DNA of 64,000 bases from the IMG/VR virus record IMGVR_UViG_3300021962_000032. One strand, 5' to 3'. The stretch is from a virus. Shown here piece after piece: positions 38,817-49,700 of this stretch (positions within the stretch are counted from its first letter, which is position 1; each line of letters starts with the position of its first letter). The position numbers and the translations under genes are program-made. The notes under the pieces are model-generated. The model was not told where the DNA came from and ran no database searches. It saw nothing but the letters and a program-made list of their open reading frames with translations.

Positions 38817-40388
38817 TTAAAATTGCAAAATAACTTTAATATCTTCTTTTTGATTTTGAGACCTAGTAATAGGTGGTCTATTATCAATATAAATCAAATC
38901 CCCAGAAAATTTTTCTACTTCGGGATTTGCTAACCCATTTACAAAAGATTGTCCAAGATAGTATGTTCTATTATTTATTGTAGTAGTTATACCCGGATTT
39001 ATTGCGGTTCCAAATTGAACATCTATTGGTGCGGCATCTCCACTTTCACTTACAATATCAAGATTTCCCCCAATACTTGGAGATGATGTAAATTTTAAGA
39101 CAGTATAACCATAAGTTGATGATATTTGTGATCCATCATAATCATATCCATAACTGGACCTGTCTTGCCAATATTTTAATATGCCTGTAGTTTTATCATA
39201 TGATATAACCCTTCCAACAGCTGTAGAACCCAATCCAACAGTTTGGAAAATATTACTATCCGCTGAAAATGAGATGTCTTGAAATCCAGTTCCTATTTTA
39301 ATGGAGGATACGGCACTTGCTTTATCTTTGGTTAAAATTTCATTTGTCCCATAAAATTTTGGATTTGCAAGTATTCCAATTTGAGATATTTCATTTCCAA
39401 TTATAAAATCTGGGTCTTGTACGTCATTTTCAAATCTTGAATATATTAATAAATTAGTAGCTCCAAGCTCTCTATAAATATCGAAACCATGTCCACCTTT
39501 GGGAGGAATAACAACTTCAAATTGTGGCAATCTTGTTACTCCAGTTGTAGGAAAGGAGCTATTTTCAAGATCAATACTTGCAAATGAATATCCTTTTCCT
39601 CCATTTGCAATTGTTATACTTTCTATTCTTGAATCATTATTGACTATGATAGTTGCTTCCGCACCGTTTCCATCACCTTTTATTGGTATTCTATTATATA
39701 CTTGATTTGGAATTCCTAATCCTTCTCCTCTATCTTTAATTACTATAGTTTTTAATTGACCACTTTCAGAAGCATTCTCTCTAATTGTTGCAACATCAAC
39801 ATTTGTACTCCAATCTCTAGGTACGGGAATATATTGTGTGGATTCAAATTTTATAACATCTGCTGGTGATATTGTATACAAATATTTCCAAATATATCCA
39901 TCATCACTATTTCCAGCAGTTCTTGGCTCTAAATCTGTAAATCTTGGCTCATCCAAAGATGGTTTTCCGTTTGGATTTTCTGGATTTTCTCCATTCTCTA
40001 AACAAATATAAACTCTATAGTCACTTGTTACAACATAATAATTTGAAGCATATAAACTTGTAGATGAAGATTGATTTGATAAATTATCTCTATCTATATT
40101 ATTTCTGTACCTATCGTATATTACACCAGAAATCCAATCTATTTTTCTTACAACTTGTTTGACATCACTACTATTAATTCTTTTCAATGATATCATATTA
40201 TCCCAAGTCAAATTTTCTTGGTCAAAACTATCTTTTGGCGATGGTGGGTTAACATCCCAATTAGGATCATAATCAAATGGATTTGCCAATCCAACAAAAG
40301 TATAATATGAGTTTGAAGGATTAATTATATCCGACAAAAAATTCTTTGCATTCAATATTCTTAATTGATCAGTAATAATTGCTGCCAT
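38817..40388 (-). CDS. gp8: Baseplate wedge protein gp8
   Basis: VYICL.N, DGYIWKYLY, P.GGHG, YIDNR, QKEDIKVILQF. Confidence 0.9.
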   Translation of the reverse strand: MAAIITDQLRILNAKNFLSDIINPSNSYYTFVGLANPFDYDPNWDVNPPSPKDSFDQENLTWDNMISLKRINSSDVKQVVRKIDWISGVIYDRYRNNIDRDNLSNQSSSTSLYASNYYVVTSDYRVYICLENGENPENPNGKPSLDEPRFTDLEPRTAGNSDDGYIWKYLYTISPADVIKFESTQYIPVPRDWSTNVDVATIRENASESGQLKTIVIKDRGEGLGIPNQVYNRIPIKGDGNGAEATIIVNNDSRIESITIANGGKGYSFASIDLENSSFPTTGVTRLPQFEVVIPPKGGHGFDIYRELGATNLLIYSRFENDVQDPDFIIGNEISQIGILANPKFYGTNEILTKDKASAVSSIKIGTGFQDISFSADSNIFQTVGLGSTAVGRVISYDKTTGILKYWQDRSSYGYDYDGSQISSTYGYTVLKFTSSPSIGGNLDIVSESGDAAPIDVQFGTAINPGITTTINNRTYYLGQSFVNGLANPEVEKFSGDLIYIDNRPPITRSQNQKEDIKVILQF

Positions 40389-40412
40389 TGGTATTGTTTT
40401 TATATGTATTTA

Positions 40413-43400
40413 TTAATTATTTTGAGTGTATCCTAATGCCTTTAATTTATTTTCTCTAATAACTGTTGCGGATGTTGAAAGACCTAAAATTCCATTCTTA
40501 TAATAATTAAATTGCTTTAGTTGAGTTCTCTTTAAATCACTTATCCTTCCCCATGAAAAATCACCAATATATTGTCCATATATATAACCCGAATTTCCAC
40601 CAATTGTTCCTATATTTCCTCCACTAGCAATGTCTAGACCGTTATATGAAGCAACAGGAACAACAACCCTTACAATTTCTGTTCTTCCGAGACCAACTGA
40701 TAATCCTGGAACTTCAGTAATTGCTACTCCAACAGATTCTACATTATATATTCCATCCAAATAAGAACTACCAACTGAAATTACACTACTATCATTGACA
40801 TCTAGAGAAGATACTCCAAAGACAGAATTTCCAATATTACTATTACTTATTTTAAAGTAATATCCTGGAAGTATTCCACTTTTATCAATTGGAATTCCAT
40901 ATGCAGATTCTCTAAGATATGAATTTTCTGGAATATATAATTCAAATACAAAATTTGTATTAAATCCAACTGTTGATGTTGTTCCTATTCCAGTTACCCA
41001 TCCAAAATCCCCCTCATAATTGACTTGATTAATTTTTTCATATGCTATTGTTGGAGGACCAACATGAACTTTGGTAATATCAGTTGTTGTATATCCATAT
41101 CCAGGATTATTTAATTGAACTGAAGAAATGGATCCAAATGAATCAATAGAGCATGTTATTTCTGCTCGATTATTTGTTGTAGTTCCAATTCCTGTAAATG
41201 ATGGGTATGATACTGTTATATCAGGTGGATCGGAGTATCCGAGTCCTTTATCTATTATATTTACTGAAGAGATTCTTAAATTATTTCCTATAGAAATAGA
41301 TACCTCGGCTTGTCTTATGGCATCATTTGAAACAATAACAATATTTCTTTGGGAATTTTTTAAAATTCCAATTGGTTCATATTCGTCGTCACTATCAAAA
41401 AATATTTTTACATTCTCCACAAATATTGATTCGGTACTTCCTATTCCAACACTTTTAATAATTTGTGTTTTGGGATATATTTCTGGCTCGTAAATTTCTC
41501 TCGATTTTCCTACAACATTTCCGTCAATAATTTTATCATACAATTGCTTACACCATGTAACAGGTCTTTGTAAGTTTGGATCGTTAGTAACACCAGTGTT
41601 TTGATAGACATTTGTTTCAACAATATCAGTGGCGATTATATCTGTCACTGTTCTTGATGTTTGCTGCAAAGAAAGTAAATTTGAATTTAATGTTATATTG
41701 TCTCCTATTTTTATAGTTTCAAGTATATCAACATTTCTTGTGTCAACTTCCTTAGTTCCGTAATAAAAAAGAATTACACATTTATCTCCTTGCTTTGGAG
41801 GTTCTAAAAATGTTATAATACTTCCTCCACTAAAAGTATATGATTGATTCGGTACTTGGTAAATATCATTTATGAATACAATTAAATTATATTCAAGTTC
41901 TAAAGTGGATCCCGGTCTTGCTCGTAATGTTGTTTGTAGTCCTCCCAACTTTAATGGAAACTCAACTCTCTTCCCATTAAATAATCTATCGAAACTATCA
42001 AAGACAACTAATTCACCAAAAACATAACCAGAGAATGAATCGGTAAATGTTTGGTCAATTGTTACCTGGAATTCATCAAAGGAAGAATTTCTCTCAAGAT
42101 CAAAAACTGACACAACTCCAGATGTACCTATTCCCGTAGTAGTAAATGAATCATATTGAGAACCAACAACCAATGATGTTCCGTTTGAAGGTAACTTAAC
42201 GGAAGTTCCAAAATTATCATTTAAATTTTTAGCATAAATTCCAGTTTGTATGCCGATGTTTACATAATCTGATCCAAGATAATTCTCAGTAATACGTTCA
42301 TATAGATAAACAATTCCACTTGAATCTTCAACTCCTGGATATTCATCTTCCTTTGTTCCAATGGCTATTAATTTACCATCACTTGTCATAGAAATTGAAG
42401 ATCCAAAAGCATCGTCAACATTATTTGCATACAGACCATTAAGTATTTGTATGATATAGTACTGATTTTCAATTTTTTCATAAACATATACAGTTCCGGA
42501 TCTTGCCCCACCTATACCACTATTATCATTAACTGCGCCAATAGCCAATATTTTCCCATCGTCATTAATTTCAACAGAATATCCAAATAATGTCGTTTGA
42601 ACTATATTATTTGGATTTGGTCCTGTTATTATCCCAACTTGAGTCCAATTTGATGATATATTTTGATATACGTACACTACTCCCTGAGATTCATCATTTG
42701 GTGCCCCACATATCAAAAATTCACCATTAGAACTCAATGCAATTGAACTACCAAAGTTATCTCCACTGTTATAAGCATAAAGTCCGGTTATAATTCCTAC
42801 AGTATTAAACCCAATTGTTGGACTATTTTGTCTTTCGTAAACATATACGACTCCACTAGATGTACTTGCATTTAAACTTGGATCTTCATCTCCAATAGCA
42901 GAAACTGCTATTATATTTCCATCATAACTTGTATCAACCTGCCATCCAAATGTATCAAATGCCCCAAATGCATAAGCACCTGTAATAATTCCCACATTTG
43001 TGAATGTAGGTCCTGAGGATCTATCAAAAACATATACAAGACCACTTGATCCTGGGTTGCCAGGATACTCATCATATGGAGCTCCGACAATAATTTTTGT
43101 TCCATCCCCACTTATAGCAACAGAATATCCAAAATTATCATCAGCATTTGACGCATACAATCCAGTTAAAATTCCAACTTGACTATATCCAATTCCAACT
43201 TTGTCAAATAGATAAACTAATCCAGATGAAGATCCTGAGTTTGGATCCTCATCATATGGTGAACCAACAACTATAAAATTCCCATCATCACTTGTCGATA
43301 CTGAAAAACCAAATCGATCATTAAATGTCGATAATGAACCAGTAAATATTCCTACTTCGTTGGTAATATTTTTAACAACCAAAGAACTAAATGTTGGTAT

Positions 43401-46400
43401 GCCAGTTACTCCACCAGTTTCTATAGTTAATATCTCACCTTGTCCATACGAACTTCCAAGAGATTTTAATTCAAATTGAGAAATTGTCCCATTATTTGAA
43501 ACTACTAAATCACATTTAGCATAGCTTCCAATACCTGGAGATGATTCGTTACTATAAATTAAATCGAGATCAAAATAAGAATTTGGACTATCTACTATAA
43601 GATCTAAAGAATCATACCTACGAACAATTACTTCAGATAGTGCTGGAGATATATTTTGAATTGTAATTGGTTGATTTATAGTAACTTCATTAGTTTTATA
43701 ATCAATATCAGTTATTTTAACGTCAGTAATTGCAGCTCCAACAACAGTGATATAATCTGTATAACTATTAATTCCTGCTATTGATCCCAGTTGAATAGAC
43801 GTATCGGTAGATTCAATCTCTTTTTGCAAATTGGTATTTAAAATTGTTATATAATTTGTAAATCCAGCTCCAACATTAGTAATTTCTGGTTCCAATAAAT
43901 GTCCATTTGAAATGGTAGATATTCCAATATGAACTGGAGTTTTTCCTCTTGTTATATTTTTAATAGTTCCACCATTAACATAAGTATGTTCAAAAATAGT
44001 TTCCCCTACGTATATTGTAAATGTATTCTCATGAGTATATAATACTTCAAATTGATACCCCAAGTTACCTGATGGAAATTCTAATGTAGCTAAGACAAGA
44101 GATCCCGATGAACTTAAAATACTAAACGATGGTGGTGGAACAGAAAGTTCATCAACATTAATTGTAAATGCGTTTACATTAGATCCAAAGGAAATTGGTG
44201 TTGACAACACAGTAAATACCTTGTCATCTAAAAATGTAGAAGTATTTTTAAATAAAACAAACCCATTTGTTGTTAATGTATTATTAACATCACCATCTGT
44301 GGTTATTGTTGTAATTCCCGTAGAATATCTGACTTGATTTGATCCAGATGGAACAAAAGTATGTGGAGAAGTATTTGTTCCGGCAGACCCAACATTAACT
44401 ACAATTGTTGTCGCAGTGGTTGATGCTATTCCTACAGTAGTATTATATGCTGCATCACCCGATCTTGGATAAAATGTTGTTGTACTATTTCCATCAAGAG
44501 TGCAAGTAAATCCAAGTGATTCTGGCTCAATTAAAATTTTTCCTCCTATTGGCAATGAGTGAGATCCAATAGTTAAAGTGGAAATTCCAGATACTGGATC
44601 ATATGTTGCGTTAGTGACAGTAAATAATTTTCTATTTACTGTTATCGATGATATTCCTATACTTTTATTAAATGTTGGAGAAGGATCACCAGAAGTTCCA
44701 CCACTATTACACTTATAAACTAACCCTCTTATTTCAACAATTTCTCCTGGTGAAGTGAAAAATTGATCAGAGGTTATTGTAACAATTCCAGTAGTATGAG
44801 TATATGTTGCATTCTCTACTGGATATTCTTTTAATACGTTTACATATATATTTGCAATTCCTACTACTGGATTCTTGACTTCTACATATACAATATCATT
44901 AACATTGGTCTGATCTATACCAGATTGGAATCTCTTAATAACCGCGGATGTGTTGTTAACATATCCATTAGTAGTTGGAGTATCTAATATGAATAAGTTA
45001 TTAATTTCATCAACATCAATTATTTCAATATTTTTAGCTACTGTTCCTATGCTTAAATAATATGGAGCTGATGTAGAAGTTGTATCAATTCCAGAAACAC
45101 TGGCAACTTCAATTATATCTGTTGATATTCCAGAAGCACTAGTTATACTTGTAGATTTAACAAATACAAATCCACTTGAATCATCGACTTCTATCCATGC
45201 ATCAACTGGATTTGCTATTTGAACATAATATCCAGTTTCACCATATCCAACTGATGTTATTTGATTAAATCCATTATTCTCTATTCTATTTCTTCCGATA
45301 CTATTTTTAACCAATAATCGACAATCCGATTGTGAATACAAATAATTTAATTTGTTCCTAATACCATTTATGTCTTTTAAATAAAATGTTCCGCCATTTG
45401 GACCAAATGATGGAGATGATATTTCCGTTTCAAACGTATAATCGTTTTCTGCTCTGTATCCGGATCCAGTATAACCAATAAAAATTGATTCTATAGTCCC
45501 CCCATAAGACACTTTAGCAGTGCCTCCGGCAGCAACTAATGGTTGATATCCTAATCCTGGTTTGGTGCCAACAGAAACGATTATTCCACCTCTTGGAATT
45601 GATGCTGTATTAATATCTTCCGGATTTGAAGATGGGGAACCAGTAAATTTAATAGTAGTAATTCCAGCACTTTCAGATAATCCATAATCAATAAAATCCG
45701 GAGTTTGGAACACATTGTTAATTAAAACTAATGCATTTCCTGTAGAGAATCCTGCAATATTTTCACCTCTTTCCGTTAATACTGCTTGGGTAGATATTCC
45801 CGTGAACTGTTGAGATATATCATCCAATAAGAAATTATAATCATATGGACCAATAGAACTATCTTCAAATCCAGATCTTAAAAATACCCTTGCATCAAAT
45901 GTAGAAAAAGTTTCTAATCCAACGTAATCTCTATCTTCCGGATCCGTTCTTTCAAAATCTGTGGTTGGACTTTTTTCAAATGGGGGGACGGGGAAATATA
46001 TGGTATTTTCAGAAATTTGATAATTGCCAGATAATTTTACAACGTCTGATCCAGATTGATGATCAGCTAATTTTGAGCCCAACATGGGTCTTCTGACAAT
46101 AAAATTATTATTACCTGCAAATTTTACATAATTTATTCTCATTATTTCATTGTCAATTCTAATCAAATCTCCACTAAAAAATGATGTAACACCAGTAACA
46201 TTTATTAAATCTTCAGCTCCAGATAAATTATTAACTAATTGAGTTTTTATTGTACTATCAATAGTTGGCGATTGTACTACGTTATCAATAGTTACGAATG
46301 TTCTTGTATTTTGCTTTTCTCCTATAAATTTATGAAACGTTCCAAATCCTAATCTAGTTAAATCTAAAACATCAGGTATTCTTTTTAAAGCACCTTCTTT

Positions 46401-46748
46401 TGTGGCAGATAATTTGATAAATCTGTCGTTTAATTTTACGGCATAAACTGTTGAAGGTAAAACTGAAGAAATTCCAATATTTGGAATACTTGTAGATGCA
46501 ATACCTATAGCATTATTACTACTTGTCAAAAATCCATCATATTCATAAGTCAATTCCTCACCAGTTCTAAAAAAATGATTAGGTAAAAAAATTGTATTAT
46601 TTGAAAGATCTACATCACTGTCCGAACTACCCAAAAAGAATTTCTCAAAAATAGGTTGGCTTCTATGTCTAAGCTCCGCACTTAGTTGAACGTCAAATCT
46701 TCTTCCTACATAATCTCCAGAACCGCTATTAATGATTATTTCTGCCAT
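40413..46748 (-). CDS. Large baseplate structural protein (gp7-like, distal part) with FG-GAP propeller
   Basis: NHFF.TGEEL.Y, IDNVVQSP, seven FG-GAP repeats, FSWGRI; lies between gp6 and gp8. Confidence 0.8.
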   Translation of the reverse strand: MAEIIINSGSGDYVGRRFDVQLSAELRHRSQPIFEKFFLGSSDSDVDLSNNTIFLPNHFFRTGEELTYEYDGFLTSSNNAIGIASTSIPNIGISSVLPSTVYAVKLNDRFIKLSATKEGALKRIPDVLDLTRLGFGTFHKFIGEKQNTRTFVTIDNVVQSPTIDSTIKTQLVNNLSGAEDLINVTGVTSFFSGDLIRIDNEIMRINYVKFAGNNNFIVRRPMLGSKLADHQSGSDVVKLSGNYQISENTIYFPVPPFEKSPTTDFERTDPEDRDYVGLETFSTFDARVFLRSGFEDSSIGPYDYNFLLDDISQQFTGISTQAVLTERGENIAGFSTGNALVLINNVFQTPDFIDYGLSESAGITTIKFTGSPSSNPEDINTASIPRGGIIVSVGTKPGLGYQPLVAAGGTAKVSYGGTIESIFIGYTGSGYRAENDYTFETEISSPSFGPNGGTFYLKDINGIRNKLNYLYSQSDCRLLVKNSIGRNRIENNGFNQITSVGYGETGYYVQIANPVDAWIEVDDSSGFVFVKSTSITSASGISTDIIEVASVSGIDTTSTSAPYYLSIGTVAKNIEIIDVDEINNLFILDTPTTNGYVNNTSAVIKRFQSGIDQTNVNDIVYVEVKNPVVGIANIYVNVLKEYPVENATYTHTTGIVTITSDQFFTSPGEIVEIRGLVYKCNSGGTSGDPSPTFNKSIGISSITVNRKLFTVTNATYDPVSGISTLTIGSHSLPIGGKILIEPESLGFTCTLDGNSTTTFYPRSGDAAYNTTVGIASTTATTIVVNVGSAGTNTSPHTFVPSGSNQVRYSTGITTITTDGDVNNTLTTNGFVLFKNTSTFLDDKVFTVLSTPISFGSNVNAFTINVDELSVPPPSFSILSSSGSLVLATLEFPSGNLGYQFEVLYTHENTFTIYVGETIFEHTYVNGGTIKNITRGKTPVHIGISTISNGHLLEPEITNVGAGFTNYITILNTNLQKEIESTDTSIQLGSIAGINSYTDYITVVGAAITDVKITDIDYKTNEVTINQPITIQNISPALSEVIVRRYDSLDLIVDSPNSYFDLDLIYSNESSPGIGSYAKCDLVVSNNGTISQFELKSLGSSYGQGEILTIETGGVTGIPTFSSLVVKNITNEVGIFTGSLSTFNDRFGFSVSTSDDGNFIVVGSPYDEDPNSGSSSGLVYLFDKVGIGYSQVGILTGLYASNADDNFGYSVAISGDGTKIIVGAPYDEYPGNPGSSGLVYVFDRSSGPTFTNVGIITGAYAFGAFDTFGWQVDTSYDGNIIAVSAIGDEDPSLNASTSSGVVYVYERQNSPTIGFNTVGIITGLYAYNSGDNFGSSIALSSNGEFLICGAPNDESQGVVYVYQNISSNWTQVGIITGPNPNNIVQTTLFGYSVEINDDGKILAIGAVNDNSGIGGARSGTVYVYEKIENQYYIIQILNGLYANNVDDAFGSSISMTSDGKLIAIGTKEDEYPGVEDSSGIVYLYERITENYLGSDYVNIGIQTGIYAKNLNDNFGTSVKLPSNGTSLVVGSQYDSFTTTGIGTSGVVSVFDLERNSSFDEFQVTIDQTFTDSFSGYVFGELVVFDSFDRLFNGKRVEFPLKLGGLQTTLRARPGSTLELEYNLIVFINDIYQVPNQSYTFSGGSIITFLEPPKQGDKCVILFYYGTKEVDTRNVDILETIKIGDNITLNSNLLSLQQTSRTVTDIIATDIVETNVYQNTGVTNDPNLQRPVTWCKQLYDKIIDGNVVGKSREIYEPEIYPKTQIIKSVGIGSTESIFVENVKIFFDSDDEYEPIGILKNSQRNIVIVSNDAIRQAEVSISIGNNLRISSVNIIDKGLGYSDPPDITVSYPSFTGIGTTTNNRAEITCSIDSFGSISSVQLNNPGYGYTTTDITKVHVGPPTIAYEKINQVNYEGDFGWVTGIGTTSTVGFNTNFVFELYIPENSYLRESAYGIPIDKSGILPGYYFKISNSNIGNSVFGVSSLDVNDSSVISVGSSYLDGIYNVESVGVAITEVPGLSVGLGRTEIVRVVVPVASYNGLDIASGGNIGTIGGNSGYIYGQYIGDFSWGRISDLKRTQLKQFNYYKNGILGLSTSATVIRENKLKALGYTQNN
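42095..43330 (-). repeat. Seven FG-GAP (integrin-alpha-like beta-propeller) protein repeats
   Basis: D.FG.SV..S.DG....VGAP.DE....SG.VYV[FY] occurs seven times. Confidence 0.85.
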
Positions 46749-46760
46749 TTTACTTTTCGA

Positions 46761-49700
46761 TTAGAATCGTCCAATGTTTACTTGAATACCTTGTATTTTA
46801 AACTGTGTGAATGGTGATGGTTTAAATAGCAATTTAGTTAAAGATCCCTCTAACCTTGATGAAAAAGTTCCAACCCCAACTGTACCAATTCCACTCGTTT
46901 CTGTGGGAGTGGGAACTACCAACTTTCCATATTCCGTAATATATGAATTGGCTTGATTATTAATTAATTGAATTTCTTGTGATACATATTGTTTATTTAT
47001 TTGTCTTTCAGTAAAACTACTTGAAAAACCTAACATTTCAGTTTCTGCGTTGGCGCTATCATTAATAAACAATGCAAATGGATTGTTTCCTTCAAATTTC
47101 CACAAATTGGCACCTCCAGCAAAATTGTTCGCAGTTCCAGAGAGCTCTGCAGCATTTCCAAAAAATGTAAGATTAACTCCAAATCCAGATGTTCCAGATC
47201 TATACGCACTATCTGGGGTTTCTATTGAAGTGCCATTTAAATCATGCTGTTCACCAAGAACCCAAGAACTTCCATTCCAATATGAAACTCTAACTGTTGT
47301 ATTTGGATATGGGGCGATTAAAGCATAATCCGACAAAGTTTCTCCATAAGAATAAGTATTTGAAATATATTCTATTGGAATACCTTGTTTCATATCGGAT
47401 CCAGATCCATCATCAGTTTCAACAGATATGATTGTCTGCTGATTGAAAGCAGAAACTGCGGTATAATCTGAAACTGACAATGGTTGATCATAAGCTGTGC
47501 GAATTCTATCAACTCCAAGTCCAGTAAAATATTTGGTCATTGTCGAATTATTAATAGAAATTGCTGGACTTAAAAGACCTTTATCTAAAATAGGGGATGA
47601 ATCTGCAGAATCATAATAATATGTTGTCATAATAACTGGACTTGTTGATGTAAAAAATACCCAATCATCATAAGTTGTTGTTGTAAGCACACCAGATTTT
47701 CCTGGTTGAATTGTTACTGTTGTGACACCTATTCCAGTAGTGTTTCCAATTCCCATAGTATTACCAAATCCTGTCTGGTTTTGATCATACAAAGTAACAA
47801 TAACATTATCATTATTTTGATTTGGAAGAGCAAAAATATTAAAATAAGACACTCCAGTTTCTGTTGGTATTCCAACTGAACTTCTATCTGCAATATAATG
47901 TCCAAATGTGGTTGATGCATAAGAAACTGGCGATATTCTATGCTGATTTCCTGGTTCAATAAAATGAATAGGTTTGTTTGCAAAATATCTACTTCCCGAT
48001 GTTATAGAAATAGTCCCTCTCTGTGGGTTAGATCCAGTGGTTAAAAGAACATTTTCAAATCCATCATTTGTGACTTCAATTAGTTTAGTATTTGGATATA
48101 TTGCCGAATATGTTGCAGTTCCATTTTCAAACGCATACCAATCAGAAATTCCATGATTTTGTGGTCCGGCATCGTATGCAAGAACATTATCAGTTTTTAC
48201 CCCAACAACGGTAAGGAATACATATGCACATTTATATTGGGTACTATAATTCAATATTTCTGTGAATGATGGTATAGTTGTTCCTATTCCTACCTGTTCA
48301 AATGATATCACTTCTCCGGTGTCGAACCCTAAATTATCGGTCAATGAATAATCTGTATTTGCAATGGAAACCGTAACAGCTTTTATATTATAATCATCTT
48401 CCAAAGTATTATATGGTGTCATTACTATATCATAAGTTGTTCCGCCTATTCCCATTCGTGCTGAGTATGAAGCTATACCAGAAACAGATCTATCTGGAAA
48501 ATTATCTTGAGTTTTAGTTATGAGTTCACCATATTCCAAAAGTCTTATGTCATCAGAATCATCATGAATTATTGAAAGTTCATTTATTTCATAGTATGAG
48601 GTAGTTGCAGATCCAACCAAAATGAATATCTTACTTGCTCTATATGTGGAAGCTATTCCCACAACAGCAGTTCCAATTCCGGGAAGAACTCCAGAAGTTA
48701 AAATTCCAGTTTGATTATAAATTCTACCAACGTCTCCAAGAGCAACATCTTCAAGTTCTTCGGGATCATCACTCATCTCAAATGAAACATAATCTACTAT
48801 ATAATTGTTAAAGTCAAATTTTGTTGGGAAAAATAAAACATTTTGATTTGAACCTATAATTTCAGATTCAAAAGATCCAAGATCAGATGCAGTTTCTAGC
48901 CTTCCATACTGACCACAAAAAACATCAGTATCATCATGTACTGTGGTAAGTATTAACATTTGTTTTTCATTAAAGAATCTTCTATCTTGAATATAGAAGA
49001 AATGTTTTCTTGCTCTAATTTTTGTAGATGGATTTCTTGATACGATTGAATAAGTAGTTTCTCTTGGAAGTGGGTTGAAATTTTTACTAATATCATCTAT
49101 ACTTAAAACTCTATTATCGATAGATTCAATATAATCTTGAAGTATTCTTGAATTAAAAATTACCTGATTTGATTTTAAAGTATTGTTTGAAAGGAATGAT
49201 AACTCTCTTGCCAAATCAAAATCATAAGTGCAGTTTACACTTGCAGAAGATATTAAATCGGTAATAGGAGTAACTGCCCCATCATTTTGAGATGTGGAGA
49301 TTCCTGAGAAATCTTTTTGTCTTGAAATAACTTCTAAATTTGAAAATCTTTTAAATCCTGCGGTATGATTTAATGTTGCTACCGGATCATCCCATTTATT
49401 AATAGGTACTTCCGACTTCAATGAGTATGAAAAATATTGATAGTAATCACTATCATGAATTCTTTGAAGATCGAGATTAAGTTTTCCAGTATCTTTAGTC
49501 CACCCTTTATTAACAACTGATGTAGAATCTATATTGTAAAATGCATCAAAATTTATTTTTTTAAGTATTATCGCTTTCGTTTTGCTCGATTCTCCAATAA
49601 TTATATCACCAACATTAAAATCTTCAAATATTCCAACTTTTAAATAATCATTTGCAGAATCCCATTGATCCACAATTCCACGACCAGATAAAATATCACT

